23,314 nucleotides of DNA from Ginkgo biloba (GCA_024626585.2 JANKJI020000002.1:148191179-148214492); one strand, 5' to 3'. Numbered from the stretch's first letter, positions 1-11,256 are shown. A program made the numbers and translations. Notes: generated by a model from the sequence alone, not told the origin.

Positions 1-1860
1 CCAATTCTTGTATTGGCATCACCATAGATCACTAGGATATGATTCGAGGTCCATAGGCTAGATCATCTGTCCACTTTATCAAATGGATGAACCTACTAAA
101 TGAAGTGCATTACATGAGGTGTCAAGACACACATTGAAGAGGAGAGGTCTATAATGAACTCCTATCGCTCATCCTTACCAAGGGGAAAGTGACTCTTTAT
201 ATGAAGTGAGGTGGTACTCACAAAAAATATCCCCACACCAANNNNNNNNNNNNNNNNNNNTTTCCATCTTTCTTTCCAATTACACTCTTTTTGTATCCCT
301 TGTCATGAAAGAACATGATAAAAAGAACCACACAACCCACTCAGAAGAAATAAGATTAGGAAAAAATATCTCAACTATTATAATCATCCACATTTATCTT
401 TCCAATTCAACCCGTTCCTTTCTATCTTTCAATTATAGTCCTGAAGCATGGAGAACGTTGACCCATACCCATACCCTCCATACATCCTTTTTCAAACTTC
501 ATTATCTTATGTTGAACTTGATTGTTACTACCTCCATGCCATTTTGTTGGTCAATTCAAATTGCTTTATATAATCTTTTACTAGTGTTTGTAAGCTTTCT
601 ATCACCTTCCAAGGAATCATTGTGGCTCATTCTTCAAAGAATATATAATCCATAACATGATTCATAGATATCAAAGTACAAAGGAGAAGGATCAAGGTGG
701 ATATGACAATATGAGTTAAACATATTCTCATAAATTTGAGATCCCTTGGGGTTAACGTACTAATCGTGGATTGGTAAGGGAGTAAAATTAAAATTCAGGG
801 AGCCCCCTTTTCCCATGGGTCAGTTCTCTCCCTATCTTTATCAGGGAAGGAGTAACAAGCAAGGGCTAGGGATCTTGTATTCCCTTTCTTACAAATAAGT
901 CATCTACAATAAAATTCTTAATCAACCAATGAATTCCATAATAAAGTTATATGTAGGACCTCCATCCCATCTTGAAATGCCCTTGCCTAACTAGTAGATG
1001 ATATTAGGAGTAAGTGATCATTTTTAATTTTTGTGGGATTTAGTCTAAATGAGGTGCATTCACTCCCTGAGTAACCTTTATGTCCCTGACTAGATCAGGG
1101 AATGATGCCCTGATTAGGGAAGACCTTCCCCTTTTTTAATCATTTTCCTCTCTAACCTGACTAGGAATTTTCATGAAGATCAAGGAACTTGCCCATATTT
1201 TGTGCAACCCAGGAAGGGANNNNNNNNNNNNNNNNNNNNNNNNNNNNNNNNNNNNNNNNNNNNNNNNNNNNNNNNNNNNNNNNNNNNNNNNNNNNNNNNN
1301 NNNNNNNNNNNNNNNNNNNNNNNNNNNNNNNNNNNNNNNNNNNNNNNNNNNNNNNNNNNNNNNNNNNNNNNNNNNNNNNNNNNNNNNNNNNNNNNNNNNN
1401 NNNNNNNNNNNNNNNNNNNNNNNNNNNNNNNNNNNNNNNNNNNNNNNNNNNNNNNNNNNNNNNNNNNNNNNNNNNNNNNNNNNNNNNNNNNNNNNNNNNN
1501 NNNNNNNNNNNNNNNNNNNNNNNNNNNNNNNNNNNNNNNNNNNNNNNNNNNNNNNNNNNNNNNNNCCAACCAATTAGGTTTGAATGGGTAAAATGAATCC
1601 ATTGAGGATTACCCTAGAAGGACTAGAAGATTTGTTGATTTAAAATGTTTCACACGAATACCCTAATGCCTATGTCTCTTCAAATTCAACCATTCTTATA
1701 TGAGATAATCCATAGTGTTACCTAAATTAGTGCATGTTTTTGAGACTTTCTAATTGCTTCACATTGGCTTTATCCAGAGAGGGATATAAGTTTATGTATG
1801 ATAGAAAAAAAACCTCATACTTAGCTAATTCCATGTCTAGTAAACTGTCGTAAATTAGAT

Positions 1861-2870
1861 GATCCCTTACCTAATTCATATTATTTCATCTCAATGCATA
1901 TCCATCCACTAAGTGTTCTTAAAAGCTTTATGACCCAATTATTTTGGGTAATTGAAGCAAGTGAAGACCACTTGGTTATATATGCCTAAGAATGGGAGCA
2001 ATTTTTTATGAAAAATACAGAGTAGCAATGATACTAGGAATATCTTTGGCTGCAATAATCAGGAATATTATAGCATATAAAAGCTCCAATCCTATATTTT
2101 CCCTACCCTATTATAGTTTATATGCTTCACCTCTTTGAGAATGGATCATTTTTTTTTCATGATAAGGTCATCCCAATGGATGGAAATTTGATTAATCACA
2201 TCAAAGGGCTACCTATCCAAGGGAGTAAAATTTAATTTAAGAAAGAAATGAGGCAGATGGGAAGGGAGGCGATCATTCATAAGTTATACCCAATCTGCGA
2301 AGAGGATGACGCATGGATCATATCCAATGGGTTCATAATAAACTGAATCATCAATGAGGGGGCCAAATGGGCGACTAGAATCATGGATAGGAGATTAATT
2401 TGTTTGAAACCCAACACCTATCTGATCCATCAATGGTAAATGGTAGTATCAAAGGTGTTTATAGGAATGGTATACACATGGGATATATGGTTAGCTGAAA
2501 TACTCAAAGACCATTGTAACTCTTCCTAGATGGCAGGTTGTCCATTTCATATGCCCTCTTTAGTAGAAATCATTTGCATCTAAACACTTAAACCTCCAAG
2601 ATGGGTTGACCCTAGTTCTTAGCCATGATTGAATTTTTATTTGAGACTTCATGTGAAAAAAGATGACAAGAAGGATCATGAGGGGATGATATATTTGGGA
2701 AATTTCTACACATCTCCATGCTAGTTAAATGATAGACCTGAGAGGAGAAATAGTCTCCCTGAATATATCAAGAAGAAATGGAAAGAACTCCATTGGATAG
2801 AAGATGATAAGAATACCTATGCATCCCTCATAGGGGTACCCGAGGATAAAACAATTGTCCAATCCTAGAA
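1861..2870 (+). mobile_element. Decayed retrotransposon accessory ORF (plant-mobile-domain-like)
   Basis: One frame reads as protein across about 1 kb despite scattered stops: MLHLFENGSFFFHDKVIPMDGNLINHIKGLPIQG...AKWATRIM...GMVYTWDIWLAEILKDHC...FHMPSLV. The GLPxxG and WxxxLA motifs recall PMD-like extra ORFs of non-chromoviral Gypsy elements. Confidence 0.5.
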
Positions 2871-3456
2871 TCACTTTAGTATAATATGAATTATCTAGAA
2901 TTTTAAGGTAGCATACTAGTCTAGAAGAGACCCTTGGCCCCAAAGAAGTCTAGTAGTTGAACATCCTTTGATCTCTCTAAGTTCCTAATACCATTATTGG
3001 AAAAGTAATAAGGCATGCTTCACTCAAGAACCATATGATCTTCCCTAGTCACCACCAATATTACCAGTGATTACATTCCCTAATGGACAAGAAAAAGTTG
3101 AAACTTCATCGAAAAGTAAAGGAAAGTCTAGTTGAAAATCTTCTTCTAGGCACTCAAAACTAAAGACTTCAACTCAAGGTCAGTCTATAAGAATGAAGGA
3201 TAATTCTCAAGAAAAAGAGACTAGTGCACAAGCTCAAAAAATGATCTCATAGACTAAAGTCACGGAGACAGATGGAGGCTCACAAATACATCAACAAACA
3301 CAGGAGATGGAGAATAGAAAAGAATAGGATTAGGGAAGATCACTCCAACAAAGTTTNNNNNNNNNNNNNNNNNNNNNNNNNNNNNNNNNNNNNNNNNNNN
3401 NNNNNNNNNNNNNNNNNNNNNNNNNNNNNNNNNNNNNNNNNNNNNNNNNNNNNNNN

Positions 3457-3583
3457 CTGCGTCCAACAACACACGTCATTAAAAAAAACAAACAAATTGC
3501 AAGTTCGCAGGCTTTTATAGTCTGCATCCCGTTCTCCCACATTTTCATTCACAACGCGACTTTGTAGTCGAAAACAAGGAGAA
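3457..3583 (+). promoter_or_regulatory. Proximal promoter/5' UTR fragment with an ACGT-core element (CACGTCA 3472-3478)
   Basis: CpG-retaining sequence directly upstream of exon 1, with a weak TATA-like TTTATA near 3514. Short motifs only; bounded by a gap. Confidence 0.3.
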
Positions 3584-3868
3584 ATGGAGAGTGGTCGTTG
3601 CAGGGAGCTGCAGCAGCAGACGCAGTCATTCTAAGTCTGTCTTGTGGGGCAGCGTCTTCTCTGGATCGTCTTCTTTCAGAGCCTGCGACGGCGACGACGA
3701 CGAAGAGGCACTCAAAGAAGCTGCACTTGAGAAGCTTTCCATTTCCACCTCTGATTTTTGCACCAGAGGTAGAGGTGTTGTTGATCAGCTTCCTCCGTCG
3801 CCGGAGAGACGTGAAGGCCTCCAACACGCCCACCATTTTCTGTTGAAGATGCGCCAACGAATGCACGA
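3584..3868 (+). pseudogene. PDR: PDR exon 1 (N-terminal, divergent; ATG 3584 not in the PDR frame)
   Basis: The frame starting at 3591 encodes DDEEALKEAALEKL...FLLKMRQRMH. Donor GT at 3869. Confidence 0.8.
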
Positions 3869-3976
3869 GTAAACCACTCTTTTCAACATCCCGTTGCTTT
3901 CTTGTCTTGTATTTTTCCTTTGTCTTCCTCGTTTATGGCTAAAACCTTTTCTGGCTCGCCAAATTAACAACCGCAG

Positions 3977-4097
3977 GGTCGGGATAGACTTGCCGAGAAT
4001 CGAAGTGCGATATGAACACGTAAGCGTGGACGCCCATGTCCATATCGGAAGCAGAGCACTGCCTACCATACCTAACTACGTACTCAATACTACAGAG
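3977..4097 (+). pseudogene. PDR: PDR exon 2
   Basis: cag| ... VGIDLPRIEVRYEHVSVDAHVHIGSRALPTIPNYVLNTTE |gt. Confidence 0.9.
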
Positions 4098-4175
4098 GTG
4101 ACTATCCCTTGCTTCATATCTGTATCTACTGAATACCCAGATTAATTAATGTCTTACATTGCATACGACTCCCAG

Positions 4176-4264
4176 AGGATTTTAAGGTACCTTCACATTT
4201 TACCCGGTAGAAAGAAAAGGTTTTCGATCTTGGAAGATGTCGGTGGTATCATTAAACCATGCAG
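4176..4264 (+). pseudogene. PDR: PDR exon 3
   Basis: cag| RILRYLHILPGRKKRFSILEDVGGIIKPC(R) |gtaa; not in the ORF track, read by hand. Confidence 0.88.
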
Positions 4265-4418
4265 GTAAACTCTTAATATTATCTTATCCTTTTTCTCGAA
4301 CAAAAGCGTCTATGATTATTATACATTGTGACTCTTGAATAAAAAATAAAATAAGCCTTTCTCTATCAGTAGCGTTGAGCAAGATTTATTAAATTTAAAG
4401 ATTTGATATTCCCTGCAG

Positions 4419-4484
4419 AATGACTTTGCTTTTGGGACAACTTTGTTATTGGCTTTGGCAGGCAGGCTCGACTCAGATCTGAAA
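4419..4484 (+). pseudogene. PDR: PDR exon 4 with Walker A deletion and frameshift
   Basis: tgcag| MTLLLG, then TTLLLALAGRLDSDLK in a shifted frame |gtaagt. The consensus PPxSGK is absent. Confidence 0.88.
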
Positions 4485-4575
4485 GTAAGTTAACCTTTTT
4501 CTTCTTCTTTTTTTTAATGTTTTCGTTGTATTCCCATTGACTTCACAGTGTATGAAAGAGAAAACTGTGCGCCAG

Positions 4576-4735
4576 ATGAGCGGAATGGTGAGCTACAACG
4601 GACACAAATTAGACGAGTTCGTGCCTCAAAGAACATCTGCATACGTTAGCCAAAACGATCTGCATCTTGGAGAAATGACAGTCAGAGAAACATTGGACTT
4701 CTCTAGTCGTTGCCAAGGATTTGGCACGAGATTTG
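4576..4735 (+). pseudogene. PDR: PDR exon 5
   Basis: cag| [53 protein letters not shown] |gtagg. Confidence 0.92.
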
Positions 4736-4837
4736 GTAGGGCGCTATAGGATTTAGTCTGTTATTTAAGTTGGGAGCGAAATAAGGTGGTTTTGACTAGA
4801 GTATGTGATCTGACGTAAGGCAAATGTGTTGACTCAG

Positions 4838-4914
4838 AGATATTGGCGGAGCTTCTGAGAAGAGAAAAAGCGGCCGGTTTCAAAACCGACGAGGATTTGG
4901 ACTTGCTTATGAAG
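4838..4914 (+). pseudogene. PDR: PDR exon 6
   Basis: cag| (E)ILAELLRREKAAGFKTDEDLDLLMK |gtat. Confidence 0.9.
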
Positions 4915-4999
4915 GTATAATTCTTTTATATTGTTGAAAATATATAATTGGCATCTCCAATTAGTTCATTACTAAGTACTTTTACCCCTATTTATTCAG

Positions 5000-5059
5000 G
5001 GTGCGGGTGTAGGTGTGGGACATCAAGAGAGTACGTCTGTCACGGACTTCATATTGAAG
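5000..5059 (+). pseudogene. PDR: PDR exon 7
   Basis: cag| GAGVGVGHQESTSVTDFILK |gtaagt. Confidence 0.85.
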
Positions 5060-5272
5060 GTAAGTAATTTTTTATTAAATGAATGTGTACGGTCTAATTC
5101 AGGGTATGAATGTTGCACACATTTTTTTTCTGTTTAGTCACACGTGTATTGCAAACCCTCTTTATTTCAAATNNNNNNNNNNNNNNNNNNNNNNNNNNNN
5201 NNNNNNNNNNNNNNNNNNNNNNNNNNNNNNNNNNNNNNNNNNNNNNNNNNNNNNNNNNNNNNNNNNNNNNNN

Positions 5273-6883
5273 GACATCTCAACCATTTCAACCTGCAACA
5301 ACCAGAGAGGGTAATTAGTAAGTTATTGATCAAACCATCAAGATAAAACTAATAATGAACTTCAAATTATAAGGATTTGAATTTCCCGATTACGTGGTAT
5401 GATCCTTCTTTGTTGCACTTGAAAGTCAATCCACTCCTTGTTCTTAGGTGTCGTGCTTTTAATTCGATTTTATCCTTGCATTAGTTGCCCATATTAAAGT
5501 GGCCCCATTTACAGGTCAATTGATTTCTACATATAACTTTCACTTATGTCCATCGTATATCTTTTTCCCTTTCATGATCATCCAATTATACCTTGATGGG
5601 GATGTTCATATGATATCCAATAATATACTTATCCTATCCATTCTATACCTCCTTATGTCATAATTTATTGTGCTATCTCAATGTTAACAAAGCCTAATTG
5701 ATCTTAAGTCCTCCATTGTTTGTATGGTTATTCAAAGACTCTAATATTGATTGGTCTTGAATTTAAACTTTCTTATTGCCCGTGGTTGTGAGAGTGTCCA
5801 TCATTTCATTGATGACTAAACTTGTTATTAAATCCTTGAGAACATATTCAACAACTTATATTATTTGCATTTGTTATATATTTGTCTTAGTCCTCTTCTA
5901 TTAAGAGTTCCACTAACTTTTTGATGACTTCACTTATGTTTTTCTTCTTTTTTTGTCGATTCCTTGTTATCTTAAAATGCTTGCTCATACAATCTTCCCT
6001 CCATATCCTTGATCAATTTACTTTCTATTAGGCATGCATACCCCTATATGAGGTGACCCTTGTACGATTTTCATTCATGCATAACCACTATATCATGTCC
6101 TTATCTTTTCCTTGGTTTAATTATTGCATAAATCTATAATTGTTATACCCATTTGATAGATGATCATTCCATTTTATGTTTTTTCACATTGGATTATGCC
6201 ATTGTTTTATGTGATTAGGATCAACTATAAAATTATTAAAAATGTCAATAATGGATCAAACTTTAATCAACTTGTCTAGTGCCTTGTCTATTTATAGATA
6301 ACAATGTAGGACCTTTGAACCAAGTGTTCTACTAATGGCACCCACCATCAATACTAATTATATTTGGGTTTTGCTTGATAAGTAGGAGTAATATAATCAC
6401 CTAATTAATAAGTTGTAGTGATCTTAAATGTGTAAAAATATATTTTAAAGAAAATTTTCATAAATTTGTCAATAAAATGAATTTCTATAAATATTTTAGC
6501 TAAATATTTTTAACACAAAAATAAAAATAATTTCTTGATATTTGACCTTGATTATAAATAAGTAATATGTTATTACTTGATATAGCATGCATGAATATGG
6601 CTATGTAAGCATTATTTCATGTGTCTCCCGAGATTTGATTAGTTATGGTTAGTATGGCAATTTAATCACCATCCATTCATACTGGGTTACTCATGTTATT
6701 TATGAAATTAAAGAAAATTCAATAATGGAGAGTTATTTTTCCGAGATGTATTTCTATTCAACTTTTTAATGCTCTTATTATTTGGTCAAGAATAAATAAT
6801 TTGAGTTGAAAAATCAATTGACATAATTTCTTAGTGAGATCATTTCAATATGCATATCTTAGTGGCGATTCATTTTGCTAAAT
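5273..6883. mobile_element. Probable decayed transposon-derived contig inside intron 7
   Basis: AT-rich, CpG-poor and bounded by two 100-N gaps. No domain could be named. Confidence 0.3.
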
Positions 6884-8847
6884 NNNNNNNNNNNNNNNNN
6901 NNNNNNNNNNNNNNNNNNNNNNNNNNNNNNNNNNNNNNNNNNNNNNNNNNNNNNNNNNNNNNNNNNNNNNNNNNNNNNNNNNNTTGATATAAACTTTATA
7001 CATTAATAATATCCTCATCGATCTATGACATTTTTCATATTAATTTAAGGATAATAGTATTTAATAAAAAATAAAATCCCAAAACCATAAAGTGAAACGT
7101 CGGTTTGGACAATTTTATGAAAAGTTAAAAATATATATATAAATATTAATAGATACGTTGATATGAATTATTATCGTTCTTGATACGTGTTTTGATGTGA
7201 GTTTCAATTCTTATTATTCTTGATCTACATTTTAATCAGTCTTAGATCTTAGATCTGCGTTTTAATTCTTATCATTCGATTGACCATCATTTTGATCACA
7301 ATGGAAAGCGTAATCACTACAACATTTACACGTAATTAAACTGTTCTCTATGTTGATATTTATTTCTATCTTCCATTTTGTCACTAGCATTTCTAGATGC
7401 AATAAGGTGATGCTTATGGTGTAGTTATTTCTCATGGCGCATCTCATGGGACTCTAACCTTCCCTATTCCTAATTATTTTGGTATTTTCTATGTAATCAA
7501 TGAGACAAAAAACCTTAACAAGAGATCCAATCGACAATTTTGTGCTTTTCTCAATAGATTCAATTCTTTCACATGTGGTTTACATATACAGAGTTATGTT
7601 CATGGGAAGGCAAGAATGTATGAATTATATTTCATCTTTGCTTACAAACTTCATCTTCATCTTTTCATAATATACCTTTTATCTTCTTTATCTTTACTTA
7701 CAGCGTTCTTCTTTGTTTTCAAATGCTTATATATTTTCTACCTGAGCTGCATTCATCTACCTCTATTTTCTATAGTGGTGGGTGTTTTAAATACTTTTTT
7801 GGCCTACTTTGTTTTTCCATATTAGGAGAATAAAATTTCATAATATTATTTACAAATAAAAAATAACATTGTTCACAATGGGTTTCTAAGTTTTTTTTCC
7901 ATAATAATCAAAGAGTTTAATTGTTCATACAGTTTAAATATAATTGGAATTGGACATTATATTCGGGACATAAGTTTTCTATTTTTTTCTTCCATATGTG
8001 TTGAAAGTTTTATCTTTGGGATATTGATGAATGAGAATTCTAACCATAAATGTTTTGACACTCATCAAAATTTAGTAAAGCTGTAAATTTCAATACTCAT
8101 TAGAATAATATGGTTATCATTGGCTAACTTGATTTATGCCGTGTTACCAACGTTTAGCTGAAACAAATTGGCTGTGAGCATCGTATTAGTCAAATATTTA
8201 CCCAATTCACTATGTTTAGAGCGGCTTTTTTTTTTCCCATAATGGTAAGAAAAAATTCTGAAAATGTTTCTGATACTGGTCAAAAATGCTTTCGCATAAA
8301 GAAATTACAGGTAATTGTTGTGCATTTTAGACCATGCTATGGATCATAATGTTTCTTACAGTAATAGGAAATTATTTTTAATTCAACGATATTCACATAA
8401 GCATTTTATGCCACTAAGGATAAGAAAACAGGGACTTTTACAATGCAAACATGGTGTAAAAGCTCAGAAAATATAGAGGAGAAAAGACATGTTTTCCTAT
8501 TGCCATCAGAAAATACTAGGTGAATATGTTTATGCCACTCTGACATGAAACTAAAATGAGAAGATATTTGTTTCCGATTGAGCTTTCAGATAGTTGCCTG
8601 AATTACAATGACAGCAATGGTTGTTTCCATGCCGACTGAGATTTCAATAATAATCGGAAAATGATTTACAATTCTAAGATACACAGAATATGTATTTAGA
8701 ATAGATTGGCTGCCATCAAATGAATTTCAATTATATACATTTCGTCATGATATTAGAGAAAATCTAGCTGCGGTCATTGCCATAGAAGAATTTAAAGGAA
8801 TTGTTTCGTTGGAGAAGGAATTGTTATCTAATCTGAATCTACCGTAG

Positions 8848-8938
8848 AATTTAGGGCTGGATATATGCGCGGACACGAAAGTGGGAGACGAAATGCGAAG
8901 AGGAATCTCCGGAGGGCAAAAGAAGCGAGTTACAACAG
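8848..8938 (+). pseudogene. PDR: PDR exon 8 (NBD1 ABC signature)
   Basis: tag| [30 protein letters not shown](G) |gtaa. Confidence 0.92.
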
Positions 8939-9016
8939 GTAAATTCACCAATTGTGCATACTTGAGAGCTGAAATGGTTGAAGTTTGACTAAAACTTTAT
9001 GAGTTTTTTGTTGCAG

Positions 9017-9318
9017 GAGAGATGATTGTGGGTCCAGCCACTGTTCTGTTGATGGATGAGATATCAACGGGCTTAGACAGTTCCACCACATTTCAAATCG
9101 CCAGCTATCTGCGCCAATCAACTCAGGCATTGGAGGGTACCACCGTTGTTTCCCTCCTGCAGCCTGATCCAGATACCTACCAGTTGTTTGACGACGTTAT
9201 TCTGCTATCCGAAGGCCACATTCTTTATCAAGGGCCTCGAGAACATGTGTTGGAATTCTTTGAATCGATGGGTTTCAGGTGCCCAGAGAGAAAAGGCGTG
9301 GTGGATTTTTTGCAGGAA
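9017..9318 (+). pseudogene. PDR: PDR exon 9 (NBD1 Walker B region)
   Basis: tgcag| [27 protein letters not shown]...[13 protein letters not shown] |gtgagt. Confidence 0.93.
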
Positions 9319-9495
9319 GTGAGTATATTTGATGAGCAAAAACAGATTAAGCTCTGGATATATATTATATTATAATGGATTTGTGACATGGATTTTGGAT
9401 CTCCTATGCATTAATTTTATTTATTGTATTATTACTCTGCATTTTATATCATTTGGATAAATATTTTGGTAGTGAAACCCATTAGGAACACTACA

Positions 9496-9965
9496 ATCAC
9501 CAAAATGCAAGGCTATTACTTTGAGATTATTTATAAGAAGGGTAAGAATATATCACCCTATGTTCCATGTCCTATTAATTCCTTCCTTGTTAGATGAGGC
9601 AAGACAAGAATGGCAANNNNNNNNNNNNNNNNNNNNNNNNNNNNNNNNNNNNNNNNNNNNNNNNNNNNNNNNNNNNNNNNNNNNNNNACTTGGAAGGATG
9701 ATACCTTATTATATAAAGTAAGGATATACTTAAGCCCTCATTATTAGCTTAAGAATAAGGTAGTAGGGGAATTATATTATTCCCCCACTACAAGTCACTC
9801 AGCATTTTTAAAAACTTGTCAGTGGATAAAATAGTCCTTTTATTGGGATGGGCTTAAAAAATACACTAAATAAATTATGGCATAATGGGAAGTGTATCAA
9901 AGATGTAAGGGAGAATTAGTTAGGACACCTAGGTTTTTGTACCCTTTATCCATACCCTATTAGAG
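9496..9965 (+). mobile_element. Ty3/Gypsy (chromovirus-like) pol fragment: RNase H C-terminus and integrase H2C2 region, decayed
   Basis: ITKMQGYYFEIIYKKGKN (cf. KLQGYDFEIxYKKGKEN), LDEARQEWQ, then WKDDTLLYKVRIYL...ELYYSPTTSHSAFLKT...SFYWDGLKK...VYQRCKGELVRTPRFLYPLSIP (cf. LHxSPxAGHSGFLKTY...FYWxGLKxD...CxxCQRxK...PGLLQPLPIP). Confidence 0.85.
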
Positions 9966-10542
9966 NNNNNNNNNNNNNNNNNNNNNNNNNNNNNNNNNNN
10001 NNNNNNNNNNNNNNNNNNNNNNNNNNNNNNNNNNNNNNNNNNNNNNNNNNNNNNNNNNNNNNNNNATTATGTTGGAGAATGATGAGGATTTATGGGCTAT
10101 GAATGCTTGCCATTATGAAACTATAGTAGAATTATGGCACCACACCCATAGTGTTATAGATGGAGAAGGGATAGGGAGACATAAGAGAAAGGAATAAAAG
10201 TTGGGTGGATGGAGGAGGACAAAAAAATACAATATTGAAAAATGGAAAAGGAAAGTGGAGGGAAAGGGAGGGAAGATAATTTTAAACTAAAATATTGAAC
10301 CATGGTAATTATTTGTCACCGGCAAAGATTAGTCTATTCTTAATCTATTCTTAAAAATAAAAAATAAAAGGCGTGTCTAATTTCAAAGAGACAAAATGCA
10401 CTCAACTTCACCTCTGAAATTAAAAACATAAAAATAAATGTATATATAACCCCTCTGCCATTTTAACACATTTCTCAAAAAAATAATAAATAAATATAAA
10501 TAAAAATTATCATCGACGACACATTTTGTTCTCGATTGCCAA

Positions 10543-10727
10543 TTGCAATGCAATGGCTGATGGTTTTGGAGAGACAGAAGGGTTGACAGGGGAGAGAGGG
10601 AGGGATGGTGAATACGGCATCGACAGGGGTGGATTGCATTGCAGCGCCTCATGGTTTTGTAGGGATGGAAGGGTTGATGGGGGATGGAGGATGGAGGGAT
10701 GGTGCAAGCGACAGCGACAAGGATGGA
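10543..10727 (+). repeat. Diverged two-copy G-rich tandem repeat (91 and 94 nt)
   Basis: Both units run ttgca.tgca...atggttttg...gaagggttga...ggagggatggtg...cgaca.gg.tgga (10543-10633 and 10634-10727). Confidence 0.8.
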
Positions 10728-10785
10728 TACAGGGATATACATGATGCGTAATTCAAGTATATCTTCTACAGATTTTAAGAGAAAA

Positions 10786-10907
10786 TATCCTCCTTGGATA
10801 TACTCACTCCTCACCTGGGTTTTGAGAATTTCTATCTTTCTATTGGATTCTGCCATTTTGGTGTTTAGGATCTACCATATCATTAGTTTTGATTCTCAAG
10901 TTTCCAG
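10786..10907 (+). pseudogene. PDR: Eroded 3' remnant of a TMD1 exon
   Basis: YPPWIYSLLTWVLRISIFLLDSAILVFRIYHIISFDSQVS resembles the consensus YPAWAYSLPTWILRIPISxLESxIWVFxTYYVIGFDPxVxR. The donor position reads TT instead of GT. The 5' limit is approximate. Confidence 0.75.
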
Positions 10908-10999
10908 TTGAGGATCTCTGTATCTAATCCAATTCATAGACTTTGATTAAGATTGAATAAAATTATATTATTGAATAAAGTCTAATCATTCATTTGTAG

Positions 11000-11160
11000 A
11001 ATGTTTCGGTAGTTTTTCCTAATTTTTTTCATTAACTAAATGTAAGTTGCACTCTTTCGTCTTATTGCTTCCTTGGGGCGGAATATGGTAGTTGCTTTCA
11101 CTTTTGGGTCGTTTGCTATGGTTATCATTTTGGTCCTCGGAGGTTTCATTCTCTCTCGAG
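11000..11160 (+). pseudogene. PDR: PDR TMD1 exon with three in-frame stops
   Basis: tag| MFR*FFLIFFIN*M*VALFRLIASLGRNMVVAFTFGSFAMVIILVLGGFILSR |gtat. Confidence 0.88.
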
Positions 11161-11256
11161 GTATGAGAGTTAACATGATCCGGTTGTTTGTTGGATACTC
11201 TTCATTGTTTCTTACATTTCAGTTTTTTTTCTTACTTAAGATAATTGTTGAATCAG

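Noticed and set aside
206-655. 149-aa plus-strand ORF (and 7616-7825)
   Set aside because: Composition is typical of AT-rich noncoding or antisense TE sequence; no motifs.
1136-1602. Several long ORFs over N runs (also 14687-15486, 3260-3552, 5079-5346, 17364-17801)
   Set aside because: They are open only because Ns hide stop codons.
3549-4069. Antisense and alternate-frame ORFs over exons 1-2 (also 8745-9130, 13214-13532, 14154-14360)
   Set aside because: Shadows of GC-richer PDR exons, with no independent motifs.
6336-6350. tggcacccacca resembling a deaminated tRNA primer-binding site
   Set aside because: Short match with mismatches, and not preceded by an LTR-terminal CA.
6413-9795. CACTACAA-like words (ttgtagtg 6413, cactacaa 9489 and 9786) as CACTA termini
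   Set aside because: Wrong relative orientation, no TSD, and one lies inside the integrase reading frame.
10383-10856. 157-aa minus-strand ORF and overlapping ORFs
   Set aside because: A by-product of the G-rich repeat and the exon remnant; low-complexity, with no recognisable domain.
11010-11045. Stops at Q codons as possible U-to-C RNA editing sites
   Set aside because: Reverse editing is known from organelles of ferns, hornworts and some lycophytes, not nuclear genes. A third stop at an expected small residue and nearby lesions show ordinary decay.
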